Assembly (NCBI GenBank): GCA_965219445.1
Contig: CBDCNQ010000005.1
Location: 1,408,001-1,472,000 of the forward strand
Source of the DNA: Longimicrobiales bacterium
GTDB lineage: Bacteria; Gemmatimonadota; Gemmatimonadetes; Longimicrobiales; Gaopeijiaceae
Reading direction: 5' to 3'
DNA length: 64,000 bases
Every line of letters begins with the position of its first letter. Position 1 is the stretch's first letter. Below, one piece after another: positions 1 to 9,646 of the stretch. The position numbers and the translations under genes are program-made. A model generated the notes under the pieces. The model was not told where the DNA came from and did no database searches. It saw only the letters and a list, made by a program, of their open reading frames with translations.

Positions 1-674
1 ACACTCTCGACGCTGTGGTCTTTCTCACGCATTTCCACTGGGACCACATCCAGGGGTTCCCGTTCTTTCTGCCGCTTTACGAATCGGATGCTTCGCTCCG
101 CATCGTCGGCCCAGACCAAGCTGAGGCCGACATCGAAGAGCTTTTTGCCACACAGATGGCGTCGATCAATTTCCCGGTCCCCTACGCCGCGCTGTCGGCC
201 AAGAAGGAGTTCTCGAGGCTCAACGGGGGAGCCTGGGAGGAGGACGGCTTCCACGTCCGTGCCATGCGCTTGAGGCATCCGTCGTTCACCGTCGGACACC
301 GAATCGAATATGGTGACGTTTCGTTGGCGTACCTGCCGGACAACGAACTAGCCGGTCAGGGCTACGATGTGGGAGAGGGATGGCGGAGGCGCCTCGTGGA
401 CTTCCTCGGCGACGTGGACGTGCTGATCCACGACGCCATGTACACCGAGGAGGAGTACGCGTCGAGAAAGGACTGGGGACACTCGACGTTCAGCCAGACC
501 GTGGAGCTCGCCCACGAGGCGGGCGCGAAGAGGGTCCTGTTCTTTCACCACGACCCCTGCCGAAGTGACCAGGAGCTGTCAGAGATCGTCGACCATCATA
601 GATCCGAGGCCGCAGCACGGGGCTACACTGTCGACATCGGAGCGGCGGCGGAGCGCGATGAGATCATCCGCTGA
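1..674 (+). CDS. MBL-fold metallo-hydrolase (PhnP/RNase Z-like phosphodiesterase family), 5'-truncated by window edge
   Basis: HFHWDH (HxHxDH) motif, later H-P, PDNE, HDA, WGHS and FHH motifs; frame open to the window start. Confidence 0.85.
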   Translation, partial: TLDAVVFLTHFHWDHIQGFPFFLPLYESDASLRIVGPDQAEADIEELFATQMASINFPVPYAALSAKKEFSRLNGGAWEEDGFHVRAMRLRHPSFTVGHRIEYGDVSLAYLPDNELAGQGYDVGEGWRRRLVDFLGDVDVLIHDAMYTEEEYASRKDWGHSTFSQTVELAHEAGAKRVLFFHHDPCRSDQELSEIVDHHRSEAAARGYTVDIGAAAERDEIIR

Positions 675-686
675 GAATCACGTCGA

Positions 687-2618
687 GTGAAACCGATCAT
701 CGTATTCTCTCCTCCGGACCAAGTCCTGGAGGCTCTCCACACGATGGGCGACGGAGTCGACATCGTCCGAATCTCGGACCTGACCGCACTGGAAGCGAAG
801 GATCAACCTGCAGTGCTCGTCCTCACTGCTGAGCTGGCGGAGGGCGACCTGCTCGAGTCGGTGCCGCGGCATGTGATCGTTCTGGCGAAGGGCCCCGAGG
901 CTCGCGCCGCCGCCGATAGCATCGATCGTCTCTTCCTCGACCTCGATGACCTGAGCGGGGCCGAAGCACAACTCCGCACGATCCGCTCAGCAGCGCGCGT
1001 TTCCGCAAGCGAGCTCGCGCGATCTAACGCGGCCTCTCAGCTCGACGAACTCCGAGGAGACCTCCGGGGGCTAAACGAGATCGGCATGGCGCTCATGAGC
1101 GAGCGCGACCCGGACACCGTCCTTGAAATGATTCTCACCGAAGCGAGACGCCTCACGATCAGTGACGCCGGCAGCCTCTACCTCGTCGACGGCAAGGGGG
1201 ACGGGACTCGGACGCTGCACTTTCTGCGTGCCCAGAACCACTCACTCCCGGATCTGCCAAGGCCGAACTTGTCTTTGCCGTTCGACGACACCAGCCTGGC
1301 CGGGTACGTGGCGTTTCACGGGCGGCCCTTGGTCATCGAGGATGTCTATCATATCCCGCAGTCGGAACCGTACTCCCACAATCGCTCGTTCGACCGGGAG
1401 CAGGGATATCGAGCCCGATCCATGCTGATCGTCCCCATGAAGGATCATCTGGACACCGTGGTTGGAGTGCTGCAGCTCATCAATAAGAAGGCTGATCCGG
1501 GAGCGATGATCCGAGACGAGTCCTCTTGCCAGCAGCACGTCCTGAGTTACGAAAAGAGGGACGTGGACCTGGTGCAGTCTCTTGCGGGACAGGCGGCTGT
1601 TTCTATTGAGAACGCGCGGCTCTATGAGGACATCGAGAACCTATTCGAGGGTTTCATCAAAGCGTCAGTGATCGCGATCGACCAACGGGACCCAACGACT
1701 TCCGGTCACTCGGTGCGGGTGGCGACGCTAACGTGTGACATCGCCGAGGTCGCGGACCGGGCGAACGATGGCCCCTTCCGGGACACCAAGTTCTCCCGTG
1801 ACCAGATGAGAGAGCTGCGTTACGCGGGACTTCTTCACGACTTCGGAAAGGTCGGCGTACGAGAGGACGTGCTGGTGAAGTCCAAGAAGCTGCCCCCAGT
1901 CCTCCTGGAGCGAATCGAGGCCCGATTCGACTTGATTCGCCGAACTCTCGAGTCGGATTTCCACCAGAAGCGGGCGGAGCAGCTGCTCAAACATGGCAAA
2001 GACGACTTCGACACATTTCTACAGAGCCTCGAGGAGGAGTACGAAAGGTCCCAGAGCCAGATAGACCGCTTCCAGGAGGCCATTCGCGAGTCCAACGTGC
2101 CTAAAGTGCTGCCAGAAGCCAGCGCGGAGATCCTCGAGAAGATCGCGGCCACGACGTTCCGAAATTTCGCGGATCAGCAGGTTCCGTACGTCACGCCCGA
2201 AGAGCTCCATTTCCTCAGCATTCCCAAGGGCTCCCTGGATCCCGACGAGCGACTTCAGATCGAATCACACGTCACACACACGTACAACTTCCTCATGCAG
2301 ATCCCGTGGACTGCCAACCTGGCCCAGGTAGCCAACATCGCCCACGGACACCACGAGAAACTCGATGGCACTGGGTACCCACGTGGCATCCAGGCGAGTC
2401 AGATCGCCATCCAAACTCGTATGATGACTGTTTCGGACATTTTCGACGCGCTGACGGCCTCGGACCGCCCGTACAAGAAGGCCCTCCCGGCCCAAAGAGC
2501 CATCGAGATCTTGGACATGGAGGCCAAGGCCGGTATGCTTGATCGCTCCGTGGTGGAGCTCGTCCTCGCTTCCGACGTACACCAAAAAATCGTCGATACG
2601 GACTGGCGGGAGCTCTAA
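687..2618 (+). CDS. GAF + HD-GYP domain cyclic-dinucleotide phosphodiesterase
   Basis: GAF (DAGSLYL...GVLQLINK...AAVSIENARL); HSVRV, LLHDFGK, HHEKLDGTGYP, DIFDALTASDRPYK motifs; helical insert splits the HD domain. Confidence 0.9.
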   Translation: MKPIIVFSPPDQVLEALHTMGDGVDIVRISDLTALEAKDQPAVLVLTAELAEGDLLESVPRHVIVLAKGPEARAAADSIDRLFLDLDDLSGAEAQLRTIRSAARVSASELARSNAASQLDELRGDLRGLNEIGMALMSERDPDTVLEMILTEARRLTISDAGSLYLVDGKGDGTRTLHFLRAQNHSLPDLPRPNLSLPFDDTSLAGYVAFHGRPLVIEDVYHIPQSEPYSHNRSFDREQGYRARSMLIVPMKDHLDTVVGVLQLINKKADPGAMIRDESSCQQHVLSYEKRDVDLVQSLAGQAAVSIENARLYEDIENLFEGFIKASVIAIDQRDPTTSGHSVRVATLTCDIAEVADRANDGPFRDTKFSRDQMRELRYAGLLHDFGKVGVREDVLVKSKKLPPVLLERIEARFDLIRRTLESDFHQKRAEQLLKHGKDDFDTFLQSLEEEYERSQSQIDRFQEAIRESNVPKVLPEASAEILEKIAATTFRNFADQQVPYVTPEELHFLSIPKGSLDPDERLQIESHVTHTYNFLMQIPWTANLAQVANIAHGHHEKLDGTGYPRGIQASQIAIQTRMMTVSDIFDALTASDRPYKKALPAQRAIEILDMEAKAGMLDRSVVELVLASDVHQKIVDTDWREL

Positions 2619-2643
2619 CGGGACCTTCGGTGGACCCACCCTT

Positions 2644-3726
2644 ATGAAGATCGCCATCAACACCGGTGGGGGAGACGCACCCGGACTCAACGCCGTGATT
2701 CGAGCGGTGGTTCTCTCGGCCACAAACCTCGGTTGGGCCGTGTGCGGAATTCGGCGAGGGTATCGAGGGCTCTTAGAGGAAGATGGAGTGATCGAGCTGA
2801 CCCCGGACTCCGTTCGGGGTATCGCCCACCTCGGGGGGTCGATCCTAGGGACGACCAGCCGCGGCAATGCACTCAGTTGGCCGGTTGAGCACGACGACGG
2901 CACGGTCGAACTCGTGGACCGGTCCGACGACGTCCTTGAAGGATTTCGGCGACGGAACCTGGATGCGCTCGTCGCCATCGGGGGCGACGGCTCCCTCAAG
3001 ATCGCCTCGGCACTGTCCGAGAGGGGTCTCCCGGTGGTCGGTGTGCCAAAGACGATCGACAATGATCTCGCGTCCACCCAGGTCACGTTCGGTTTCCACA
3101 CGGCAGTCAATACCGCGACCGACGCCATCGGACGACTCCACTCGACCGCCGAGGCCCATAGTCGGGTCATGGTTGTGGAGCTCATGGGCCGCACGGCGGG
3201 GTGGATCGCCCTGTACGCCGGAGTGGCGGCCACCGCAGACGTCATTTTGATCCCCGAAATCCCGTACGACCTGAACACACTCTGTGCGAAGATCGAGGAG
3301 CGATACGAGACGGGCCCGGGATTCGCAATCGTCGTGGCAGCCGAGGGCGCTTTCGCGGAGGGCGAATCGGCCACCTTCCAGGTGCAAGCACCGGGCGGTA
3401 CCTCGGCCCGGCTAGGCGGCATTGCGGAAAAGTTGGCTCAGCAGATCGAAGATCGCACCGGACACGAGACACGTTCGCTCGTCCTCGGTCACCTCCAGCG
3501 CGGCGGCGAGCCCATCGCCTACGATCGTCTTCTCGCGCTCCGGTTCGGATCTGCCGCCGTGGAATTGGTTAGGGACGGCTGCTTCGGCTGCATGGTGGCC
3601 CTCGATCCGCCAGAGGTTCTCGCCGTGCCCCTGAAGAAGGCCGTCGCCAAGCTCAAGCTGGTTCCGACCGACGGCGATCTGGTGAGGGCAGCGAGAAACA
3701 TGGGGGTCTCATTCGGCAACAGGTGA
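2644..3726 (+). CDS. pfkA: 6-phosphofructokinase (group III-type, probably ATP-dependent)
   Basis: Start moved to ATG 2644 (MKIAINTGGGDAPGLNAVIR); GGDGS, PKTIDND, ELMGR, LGHLQRGG motifs. Confidence 0.92.
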   Translation: MKIAINTGGGDAPGLNAVIRAVVLSATNLGWAVCGIRRGYRGLLEEDGVIELTPDSVRGIAHLGGSILGTTSRGNALSWPVEHDDGTVELVDRSDDVLEGFRRRNLDALVAIGGDGSLKIASALSERGLPVVGVPKTIDNDLASTQVTFGFHTAVNTATDAIGRLHSTAEAHSRVMVVELMGRTAGWIALYAGVAATADVILIPEIPYDLNTLCAKIEERYETGPGFAIVVAAEGAFAEGESATFQVQAPGGTSARLGGIAEKLAQQIEDRTGHETRSLVLGHLQRGGEPIAYDRLLALRFGSAAVELVRDGCFGCMVALDPPEVLAVPLKKAVAKLKLVPTDGDLVRAARNMGVSFGNR

Positions 3727-3826
3727 GCCCAATTATTCCGAAGACTGCCAGTCCGTACCGTGTGGCAGCGCAAATCGTTGAAAAATCACGTTTCCGGCCG
3801 TAACGTCAAAATACGGTCTGAGTACG

Positions 3827-5599
3827 GTGATTCCCGCCGCCAGATCGCGCTCAGCCACTGATGATATGACGAAAAAGTCGATAGCCAATGCACGGGCCTC
3901 GCAGAGCCTGCCGCAACCCGCCCAGGCCATGCTCGACACCATGCAGCTCGGCGTGACGCAAGCCAACGCCGACGGAGAGATTCTCTACGCGAATCCGGCG
4001 GTGGGGAAAATGCATGGGTATACCGTCGACGAGTTGCTGGGCAGCAATGTGAGTCTCTTCCCGGCATCGGAGGGCGGCGAGCCGACGATCGACGGTGGGT
4101 CCGACGAGTGGACCAGCTGGGCGAGTGAGCTGGTCCACAAGCGAAAAGATGGCAGTACGCTCGCGGTGCGGGTGACGTCTGATGTGGTCAGCGGATCGGC
4201 AGGCGGGACGATCGTCACCAGCTATGTGGACATCACCGAGCGCCGACAGGAGGAAGAGGCCCTTCACGAACGGCACGAGCGGGAGTCTCTCCACGCTACA
4301 TTGCACGATCCGCTCACCGGTTTACCCAATAAACTCCTGCTACTGGACCTGGTCGAGCACGCGCTGGGCCGCAGCAAACGCCGTGACGATTACTTGTTCG
4401 CGGTGGTGGTTTTCAACCTAGATCGTTTCCACCTGGTCAACGATGGCCTCGGGCACGAGATCGGGGATCAGCTCCTGAATGCGGTGTCGGAGCGGTTAAA
4501 ACCATGTTTCCGCTCCGTCGACACGTTGGCCCGGGTGAGCGGTGACGAGTTTGGAATCTTGCTGGACGATATCAGTGACGTCAGCGACGCAATTCGGGTA
4601 GCGGACCGCATCGAGGAACAGCTCGCTTCGCCGTTTCAGTGTGGGAGCGAGGAGATTTTCACCTCAGGGCGCGTTGGTGTAGCCCTGAGCACGACCGGGT
4701 ACGAGCGAGCGGAGGATGCACTTCGCGACGCGACCCTCGCGCTTCACCGGGTGACAAGCGGCACGGCCGTCCGCCACGCAGTGTTCGACCCGGTAATGCA
4801 ACACCGTGCTCACGCCCGCCTGGAGCTGGAGACAGACCTTCGATGGGCGATGGAGCGCGAGGAATTTTGCGTCTTCTACCAACCGATCGTGTCGTTGAAG
4901 GACGGTGCGATTACTGGCGTGGAGGCACTGTTACGGTGGGAGCATCCCCGTCGCGGGTTGCTCGAACCATCCGCGTTCCTCTCGGTCGCGGAGGAAACCG
5001 GTCTGATCATCCCGCTCGGCTCATGGGTGCTCGAGCGCTCCTGCGGTCACCTGCGAGCGTGGCAGGAGCAGATCTCGCAGGGGTCACCCGTGTCCCTGAG
5101 CGTCAATCTGTCGGGGAAGCAAGTCTTGTGGCAGGACATGGCCCAGCACGTGGAGCGTGTCCTCGCGGAGACGGGTCTCGACGGGCGATTGCTGAAATTG
5201 GAGATGACTGAGACCGTGATGATGGACGACGCCGACCCGATGCTCAGCGTACTCACGGCCCTCAAGAAGTTGAACGTCGGCGTGGATATAGATGCCTTCG
5301 GAATCGGGTACTCCTCGCTACGCTACCTCCACCAGTTCCCGATCGATTCCCTCAAGATCGACCGGTCGTTCATAGAGGATCTCCACACGCGCAGCGAATC
5401 CCAAGAAATTGTGCGTACGATGCTGGCGCTCGCGAAGAACATCGGCGTGCGTGTTGTCGCCGAAGGCGTCGAAACCCCCGACGAACTGGACCTCTTGAAG
5501 CAACTGAACTGCGAGCTCGCCCAGGGGCACCTCTTTTCGAAGCCGGTCCGGCACGACGAAATTACCCCGTTGATCGGAAGCCACCATTACACGGTGTAA
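3827..5599 (+). CDS. PAS-GGDEF-EAL protein with degenerate motifs
   Basis: PAS (ILYANPA...YTVDEL), HDPLTGLPN, SGDEF, FYQPIV, EALLRW, DAFGIGYSS, LKIDRSF, AEGVET; true start may be slightly downstream. Confidence 0.9.
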   Translation: MIPAARSRSATDDMTKKSIANARASQSLPQPAQAMLDTMQLGVTQANADGEILYANPAVGKMHGYTVDELLGSNVSLFPASEGGEPTIDGGSDEWTSWASELVHKRKDGSTLAVRVTSDVVSGSAGGTIVTSYVDITERRQEEEALHERHERESLHATLHDPLTGLPNKLLLLDLVEHALGRSKRRDDYLFAVVVFNLDRFHLVNDGLGHEIGDQLLNAVSERLKPCFRSVDTLARVSGDEFGILLDDISDVSDAIRVADRIEEQLASPFQCGSEEIFTSGRVGVALSTTGYERAEDALRDATLALHRVTSGTAVRHAVFDPVMQHRAHARLELETDLRWAMEREEFCVFYQPIVSLKDGAITGVEALLRWEHPRRGLLEPSAFLSVAEETGLIIPLGSWVLERSCGHLRAWQEQISQGSPVSLSVNLSGKQVLWQDMAQHVERVLAETGLDGRLLKLEMTETVMMDDADPMLSVLTALKKLNVGVDIDAFGIGYSSLRYLHQFPIDSLKIDRSFIEDLHTRSESQEIVRTMLALAKNIGVRVVAEGVETPDELDLLKQLNCELAQGHLFSKPVRHDEITPLIGSHHYTV

Positions 5600-5699
5600 C
5601 GGCGATCGCTTGGGCGCTGGGACGTCACACTAGGGTGGTGTCCCGGAAGTTCGGGAGCCACCGAGAGTGCCGAGGAACGCATCGGGCCGGACTCATCGT

Positions 5700-5818
5700 T
5701 GCTCAGCCATGTTCGCATCACCCACATTGCTGTTCTCTTCGGGCCAGCTGGCCGACGGTACCTGGAACCTGTTTGCCATCGACAAGCGGACCGGCGAGCG
5801 GGTCGGAGCCGTGGAGAT
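5700..5818 (+). pseudogene. Remnant of the 3' part of a paralogous PQQ-dependent dehydrogenase
   Basis: Encodes [39 protein letters not shown]; 5754-5818 matches 7950-8014 at 60/65 nt with all five differences synonymous. Confidence 0.85.
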
Positions 5819-5845
5819 TAAGGCGGATCCCATCGAGAGGATCAG

Positions 5846-5884
5846 ACAGAAGCCCCGGGGGACTGGATCCTCCGGGGCTTCTGT
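5846..5884 (+). terminator. GC-rich hairpin/intrinsic terminator, paralogous to 8148-8187
   Basis: ACAGAAGCCCCGGGGGA-ctgga-TCCTCCGGGGCTTCTGT, 17-bp stem with one G-U pair. Confidence 0.75.
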
Positions 5885-6047
5885 GTTCTTACGGACCCGG
5901 CGTTGATTGCCGCCGAGCGCTCGTACCCGTAATCTCGATGGTTGGAGCAAGGCTCTTGGCTTGTGGACACTATCAGGCTTCCTGTGGTCGAGCGTGGAAG
6001 AGATACCCCTCTTCCCACTAGGTCTTAACTCAGCAAAGGAGATAACG

Positions 6048-8117
6048 ATGGAACGCGACAACTCTTCGCGATCTCGCCGTCCCTTCCCCTTCTTCTTGCT
6101 CACCATAGCCTTCGGCATGATTCTCTCGGCACCGATCCCGAGTATGGCCCAGGGGCCGGGAACGGCGAACGGTGAGTGGACCTTCCTCGGCGGGGATTCA
6201 TGGCACACGCGCTACGCGCCCGCGGCCGAGATCAACGCCTCCAATTTCGAGGACCTCGAAGTCGTGTGGAGGTGGGACGCGTCCAGCTTCGGGCCTAGCA
6301 CCCCACGTGCGACCCCGTCTTACATCGACGGGAAGCTCATTACGGTCACGGGTGACCGTCGCCACGTGGTTGCCCTCGATCCTTCCACTGGCGAGCTCCT
6401 TTGGAGCTTCACCGAGCCAAACACGCCCCGCTTCGAGTACTCCATGCGGGCGGGCTACGGCAAGGGGATAGCTTACGGTGAGATCGACGGGAGAGGCGTC
6501 GTGTACATCTCGACCCCTGCCTTCTTCCTTCATGCGCTGGACGCAGAGACTGGTGAGCCGCTCGCCAACTGGGGCGAGGCCGTGCCGATCGAGGGGTTCC
6601 CGCCCTCGGGCAGCGTGGACCTCGTCGCGGACCTGATCGAGGACTGGGGCCCGTGGGAGAATTTGAACCAACCCTACGATCCCGAGCAGGGGATTCCGTT
6701 GGAGATCGGCTACATCACGAGCTCGTCACCCCCGATCGTGGTCAACGATGTGGTGATTGTCGGTAACTCGGCCGAGCAGGGCTACACCCAGACACGTGTG
6801 GAGATGGTCCCGGGCGACATCATGGCGTACGACGCTCGCACTGGAGCGTTCAAGTGGAAGTTCCACGTCGTCCCGCGCCCGGGCGAGTTCGGGCACGAGA
6901 CGTGGGAGAACGACGCGTGGGAATGGACGGGCGACATCTCGTCTTGGGCGCCGATGTCGGCCGATCCAGAGCTGGGCATCGTCTACATCCCGACGAACAC
7001 GGTCACTATCGACTACTACGGTGGCCATCACCCCGGGGACAACCTCTACAGCACCAGCCTCATCGCCCTCGACGTGGAGACGGGCGAACGAAAGTGGCAC
7101 TTTCAGCTGGTCCATCACGACATCTGGAACTACGACACGTCCGCGGCGCCGATTTTGATGGATGTCACCGTTGATGGCGAGCAGATCCCGGGGGTGTTCC
7201 AGGCCACCAAGCAGGGCATCCTCTACCCGTTCAACAGGGAAACGGGCGAGCCGATCTGGCCAATCGAGGAGCTCCCGGTGCCGATGTCGACGGTGCCCGG
7301 TGAGCAGGTGGCGACCACCCAGCCGTTCCCGACCAGGCCGGCGCCGTTCGAGTTCCTGGGCCGCACCGAGGACCACCTCATCGACTATACACCCGAAGTT
7401 CGACGAAGGGCGCTGGAGGTCGCGCTGGACGGCGACCTGTTCGTGCCCATGTTCAACCCGCCCACATATGTGGGCGATCCGGAGGGGTCTGGACGGATCT
7501 GTCCCTCGGCTGGCGGTGGCGTGAACATCAGCGGCGCGCCGGTGGGGGATCCGGTGGCGGGCGTGATGTTCATCTCGTCAGTCAACTCGTGCGGCAACCT
7601 TTTGGTCGCCCCCGCAATCAACTCACCGCTCGACGGCCCCGATCAGACGGGGGTCACCCACTCCGCCTTCTCGGCAGCCCAGGGCGTAGGGGGTCGACCA
7701 CCCGTAGAGGACATCGATGGTCTTCCGATCTGGAAGGGCGCCGCGGGCAAAATCAGCGCGGTCGACCTGAACACCGGTGAGTACCTGTGGGTGATCCCGA
7801 ACGGGGATGCACCACAAGAGCAACAGGATTTGATCCGGAATCACCCGCTGCTTCAGGGTGTCGATGACGTGATGACGAACCACGGCCGGCGCGGCCGCGC
7901 GGCTATGGTTGCGACGTCAACGCTACTCTTGGCTTCCGGCCAAACTGCGGACGGCACCTGGAACCTTTTTGCCATCGACAAGAGGACCGGCGAGCGGGTC
8001 GGGGCGGTGGAGATCCCTGGACCCACCCGGTACGGCATGTCCAGCTGGGTGCACGAAGGTAAGCAGTATGTGATCATCCAGTTGGGGGACGGGCTGGCGG
8101 CGATGGCGCTGCCCTAA
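6048..8117 (+). CDS. PQQ-dependent dehydrogenase (glucose/quinate/shikimate family), exported
   Basis: SD AAGGAG before ATG 6048; signal peptide; ATP-x-[31 protein letters not shown]-motif propeller repeats, GKQYV C-terminus. Confidence 0.88.
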   Translation: MERDNSSRSRRPFPFFLLTIAFGMILSAPIPSMAQGPGTANGEWTFLGGDSWHTRYAPAAEINASNFEDLEVVWRWDASSFGPSTPRATPSYIDGKLITVTGDRRHVVALDPSTGELLWSFTEPNTPRFEYSMRAGYGKGIAYGEIDGRGVVYISTPAFFLHALDAETGEPLANWGEAVPIEGFPPSGSVDLVADLIEDWGPWENLNQPYDPEQGIPLEIGYITSSSPPIVVNDVVIVGNSAEQGYTQTRVEMVPGDIMAYDARTGAFKWKFHVVPRPGEFGHETWENDAWEWTGDISSWAPMSADPELGIVYIPTNTVTIDYYGGHHPGDNLYSTSLIALDVETGERKWHFQLVHHDIWNYDTSAAPILMDVTVDGEQIPGVFQATKQGILYPFNRETGEPIWPIEELPVPMSTVPGEQVATTQPFPTRPAPFEFLGRTEDHLIDYTPEVRRRALEVALDGDLFVPMFNPPTYVGDPEGSGRICPSAGGGVNISGAPVGDPVAGVMFISSVNSCGNLLVAPAINSPLDGPDQTGVTHSAFSAAQGVGGRPPVEDIDGLPIWKGAAGKISAVDLNTGEYLWVIPNGDAPQEQQDLIRNHPLLQGVDDVMTNHGRRGRAAMVATSTLLLASGQTADGTWNLFAIDKRTGERVGAVEIPGPTRYGMSSWVHEGKQYVIIQLGDGLAAMALP

Positions 8118-8147
8118 CACACTAGGCAGATCTCTCTACACGGATCT

Positions 8148-8187
8148 ACAGAGGCCCCGGGGGACTGGATTCCTCCGGGGCTTCTTT
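8148..8187 (+). terminator. Intrinsic, probably bidirectional terminator between convergent genes
   Basis: AGAGGCCCCGGGGGA-ctggat-TCCTCCGGGGCTTCT followed by TT. Confidence 0.75.
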
Positions 8188-8189
8188 GC

Positions 8190-9518
8190 CTACCTCCGGC
8201 CCGGGAACCGGTTGTTCACGACGTTGTTGAAGATCGAACCAAACTGGTACGAGATTCTAAAATCCAACGACAGCTCGAAGTCGGTCTGCTGCGTTTGCAG
8301 TTCCAGCAGCCTCTCTTCGTCGGTCAAGTCCTCCCCGGACAAGAAAATCTGGTCGGCTACCTTCGAGTACCGAGCACCCACCTCCAGGTCGAACCCACGT
8401 GTGATCCGGAACTCCACGTCCCCACGCAGAGACACGTTGTACAGCTCCGCATCGTGAAGGTAGGTCGATCCCAACAGTCGGATGGATGCCTCACCCCAGG
8501 CTTGTCGTTGCGAGAGGGCCAGCGTAAGCGCCTGTTGGCCGCGGAGCTCCTCGTTTCTTCCAAGAAGGGTTTCCTCGAGGTAATCTCGGTACACTGGACC
8601 GATTTCGTAGAATGCAGTCAGTGAGCGACGGGTGGCCTCCTCGTACGGGAAAAAGCTGTACTCGATCGCCGGGTTCACCTGCCACCAGAACCTCTGGTTA
8701 CGGCTCGTGTTGCGGCCGACATTGGACCGGACTCCGATCGACATATGTTGGGCGAGGGCGTAGACCACCCGCGTGTTGAAGCCCCAGTCGTACCGGTCGT
8801 CGACGAACCGAGAGCCGTCACTGAGTTCGAACTCTTGCCTTCTGTTGTCGAAGCGTCCGCTGTAGCTTTGCATCCAGGTGGGCGACACCCGAGAGGCGTT
8901 GAATCCGACTCCGAGCTCCCGGCTCTCCTGTTTCGACTCCGCGTCGAATTCCCCGCTCGCGTTTGCACGGAAGACCCAGAGGTCCCAGGGGTCCTGCACC
9001 TGGTCGGCCGAGACGACCCCCAGTTGTGCGGCAGTATCCGCTGCGTCCCCTCCGCCGGCCGGGCCAATACCGCCGACCTGAACGATGTTCCGGAATCCGG
9101 ACTCCGTCGCGAACGCTGCAAGGCCGAGACCCAACGTGAGCGCCACACCGTCGAGCTGCTCCCTCTCCGTGTCGGTGGGGAGCGACTGGAAAATGCTCCG
9201 GGCCTCATAGTCCTGATACGCCCCCCGTCCCGTGAAGTCGAGCAGGTACTCCCGCCCGCCCGCTCCGGTCTGTTGGCTTGTCATGATCACATGGACGTGA
9301 GCGTCCTCCTGATCTCGGACCCACGTCACCCAGGTGATCTCGGTACGGTAGTAAGTGAAATTGCATTGGCGACCACGGCAGTCGAAAAACACCCGAGGAA
9401 CCGTGGCAGCGGCCGCAGGGGGCGCCTCCTGCGCCTCCGCTGGAGCAGCCGAAAGCGTTAGGCCTGTAGTCAGGACCGCCAACGAGAAGAGCGACCGGCA
9501 TCCATCTTTGCGCTGCAT
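8190..9518 (-). CDS. Exported protein, probable outer-membrane beta-barrel of unknown function
   Basis: Signal peptide (..APAEA/QE); N-terminal VFFDC..C domain; amphipathic aromatic-rich strands; ends ISYQFGSIFNNVVNNRF. Confidence 0.6.
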   Translation of the reverse strand: MQRKDGCRSLFSLAVLTTGLTLSAAPAEAQEAPPAAAATVPRVFFDCRGRQCNFTYYRTEITWVTWVRDQEDAHVHVIMTSQQTGAGGREYLLDFTGRGAYQDYEARSIFQSLPTDTEREQLDGVALTLGLGLAAFATESGFRNIVQVGGIGPAGGGDAADTAAQLGVVSADQVQDPWDLWVFRANASGEFDAESKQESRELGVGFNASRVSPTWMQSYSGRFDNRRQEFELSDGSRFVDDRYDWGFNTRVVYALAQHMSIGVRSNVGRNTSRNQRFWWQVNPAIEYSFFPYEEATRRSLTAFYEIGPVYRDYLEETLLGRNEELRGQQALTLALSQRQAWGEASIRLLGSTYLHDAELYNVSLRGDVEFRITRGFDLEVGARYSKVADQIFLSGEDLTDEERLLELQTQQTDFELSLDFRISYQFGSIFNNVVNNRFPGRR

Positions 9519-9646
9519 CCACTATCCTTCGCTTGCGGGAGCCTTGGAAGCCGCGCGACTCCATGTATACTGTTTGACACTGAGGAGAAGAGGGTCGCTG
9601 AGAATCCCTCAGTGGGTACGCTGGAACCGCGCCGCCGGACGGCCCC

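Noticed and set aside
5667..5906. 79-aa ORF as a genuine small gene
   Set aside because: It is a PQQ-dehydrogenase remnant reading through a terminator hairpin
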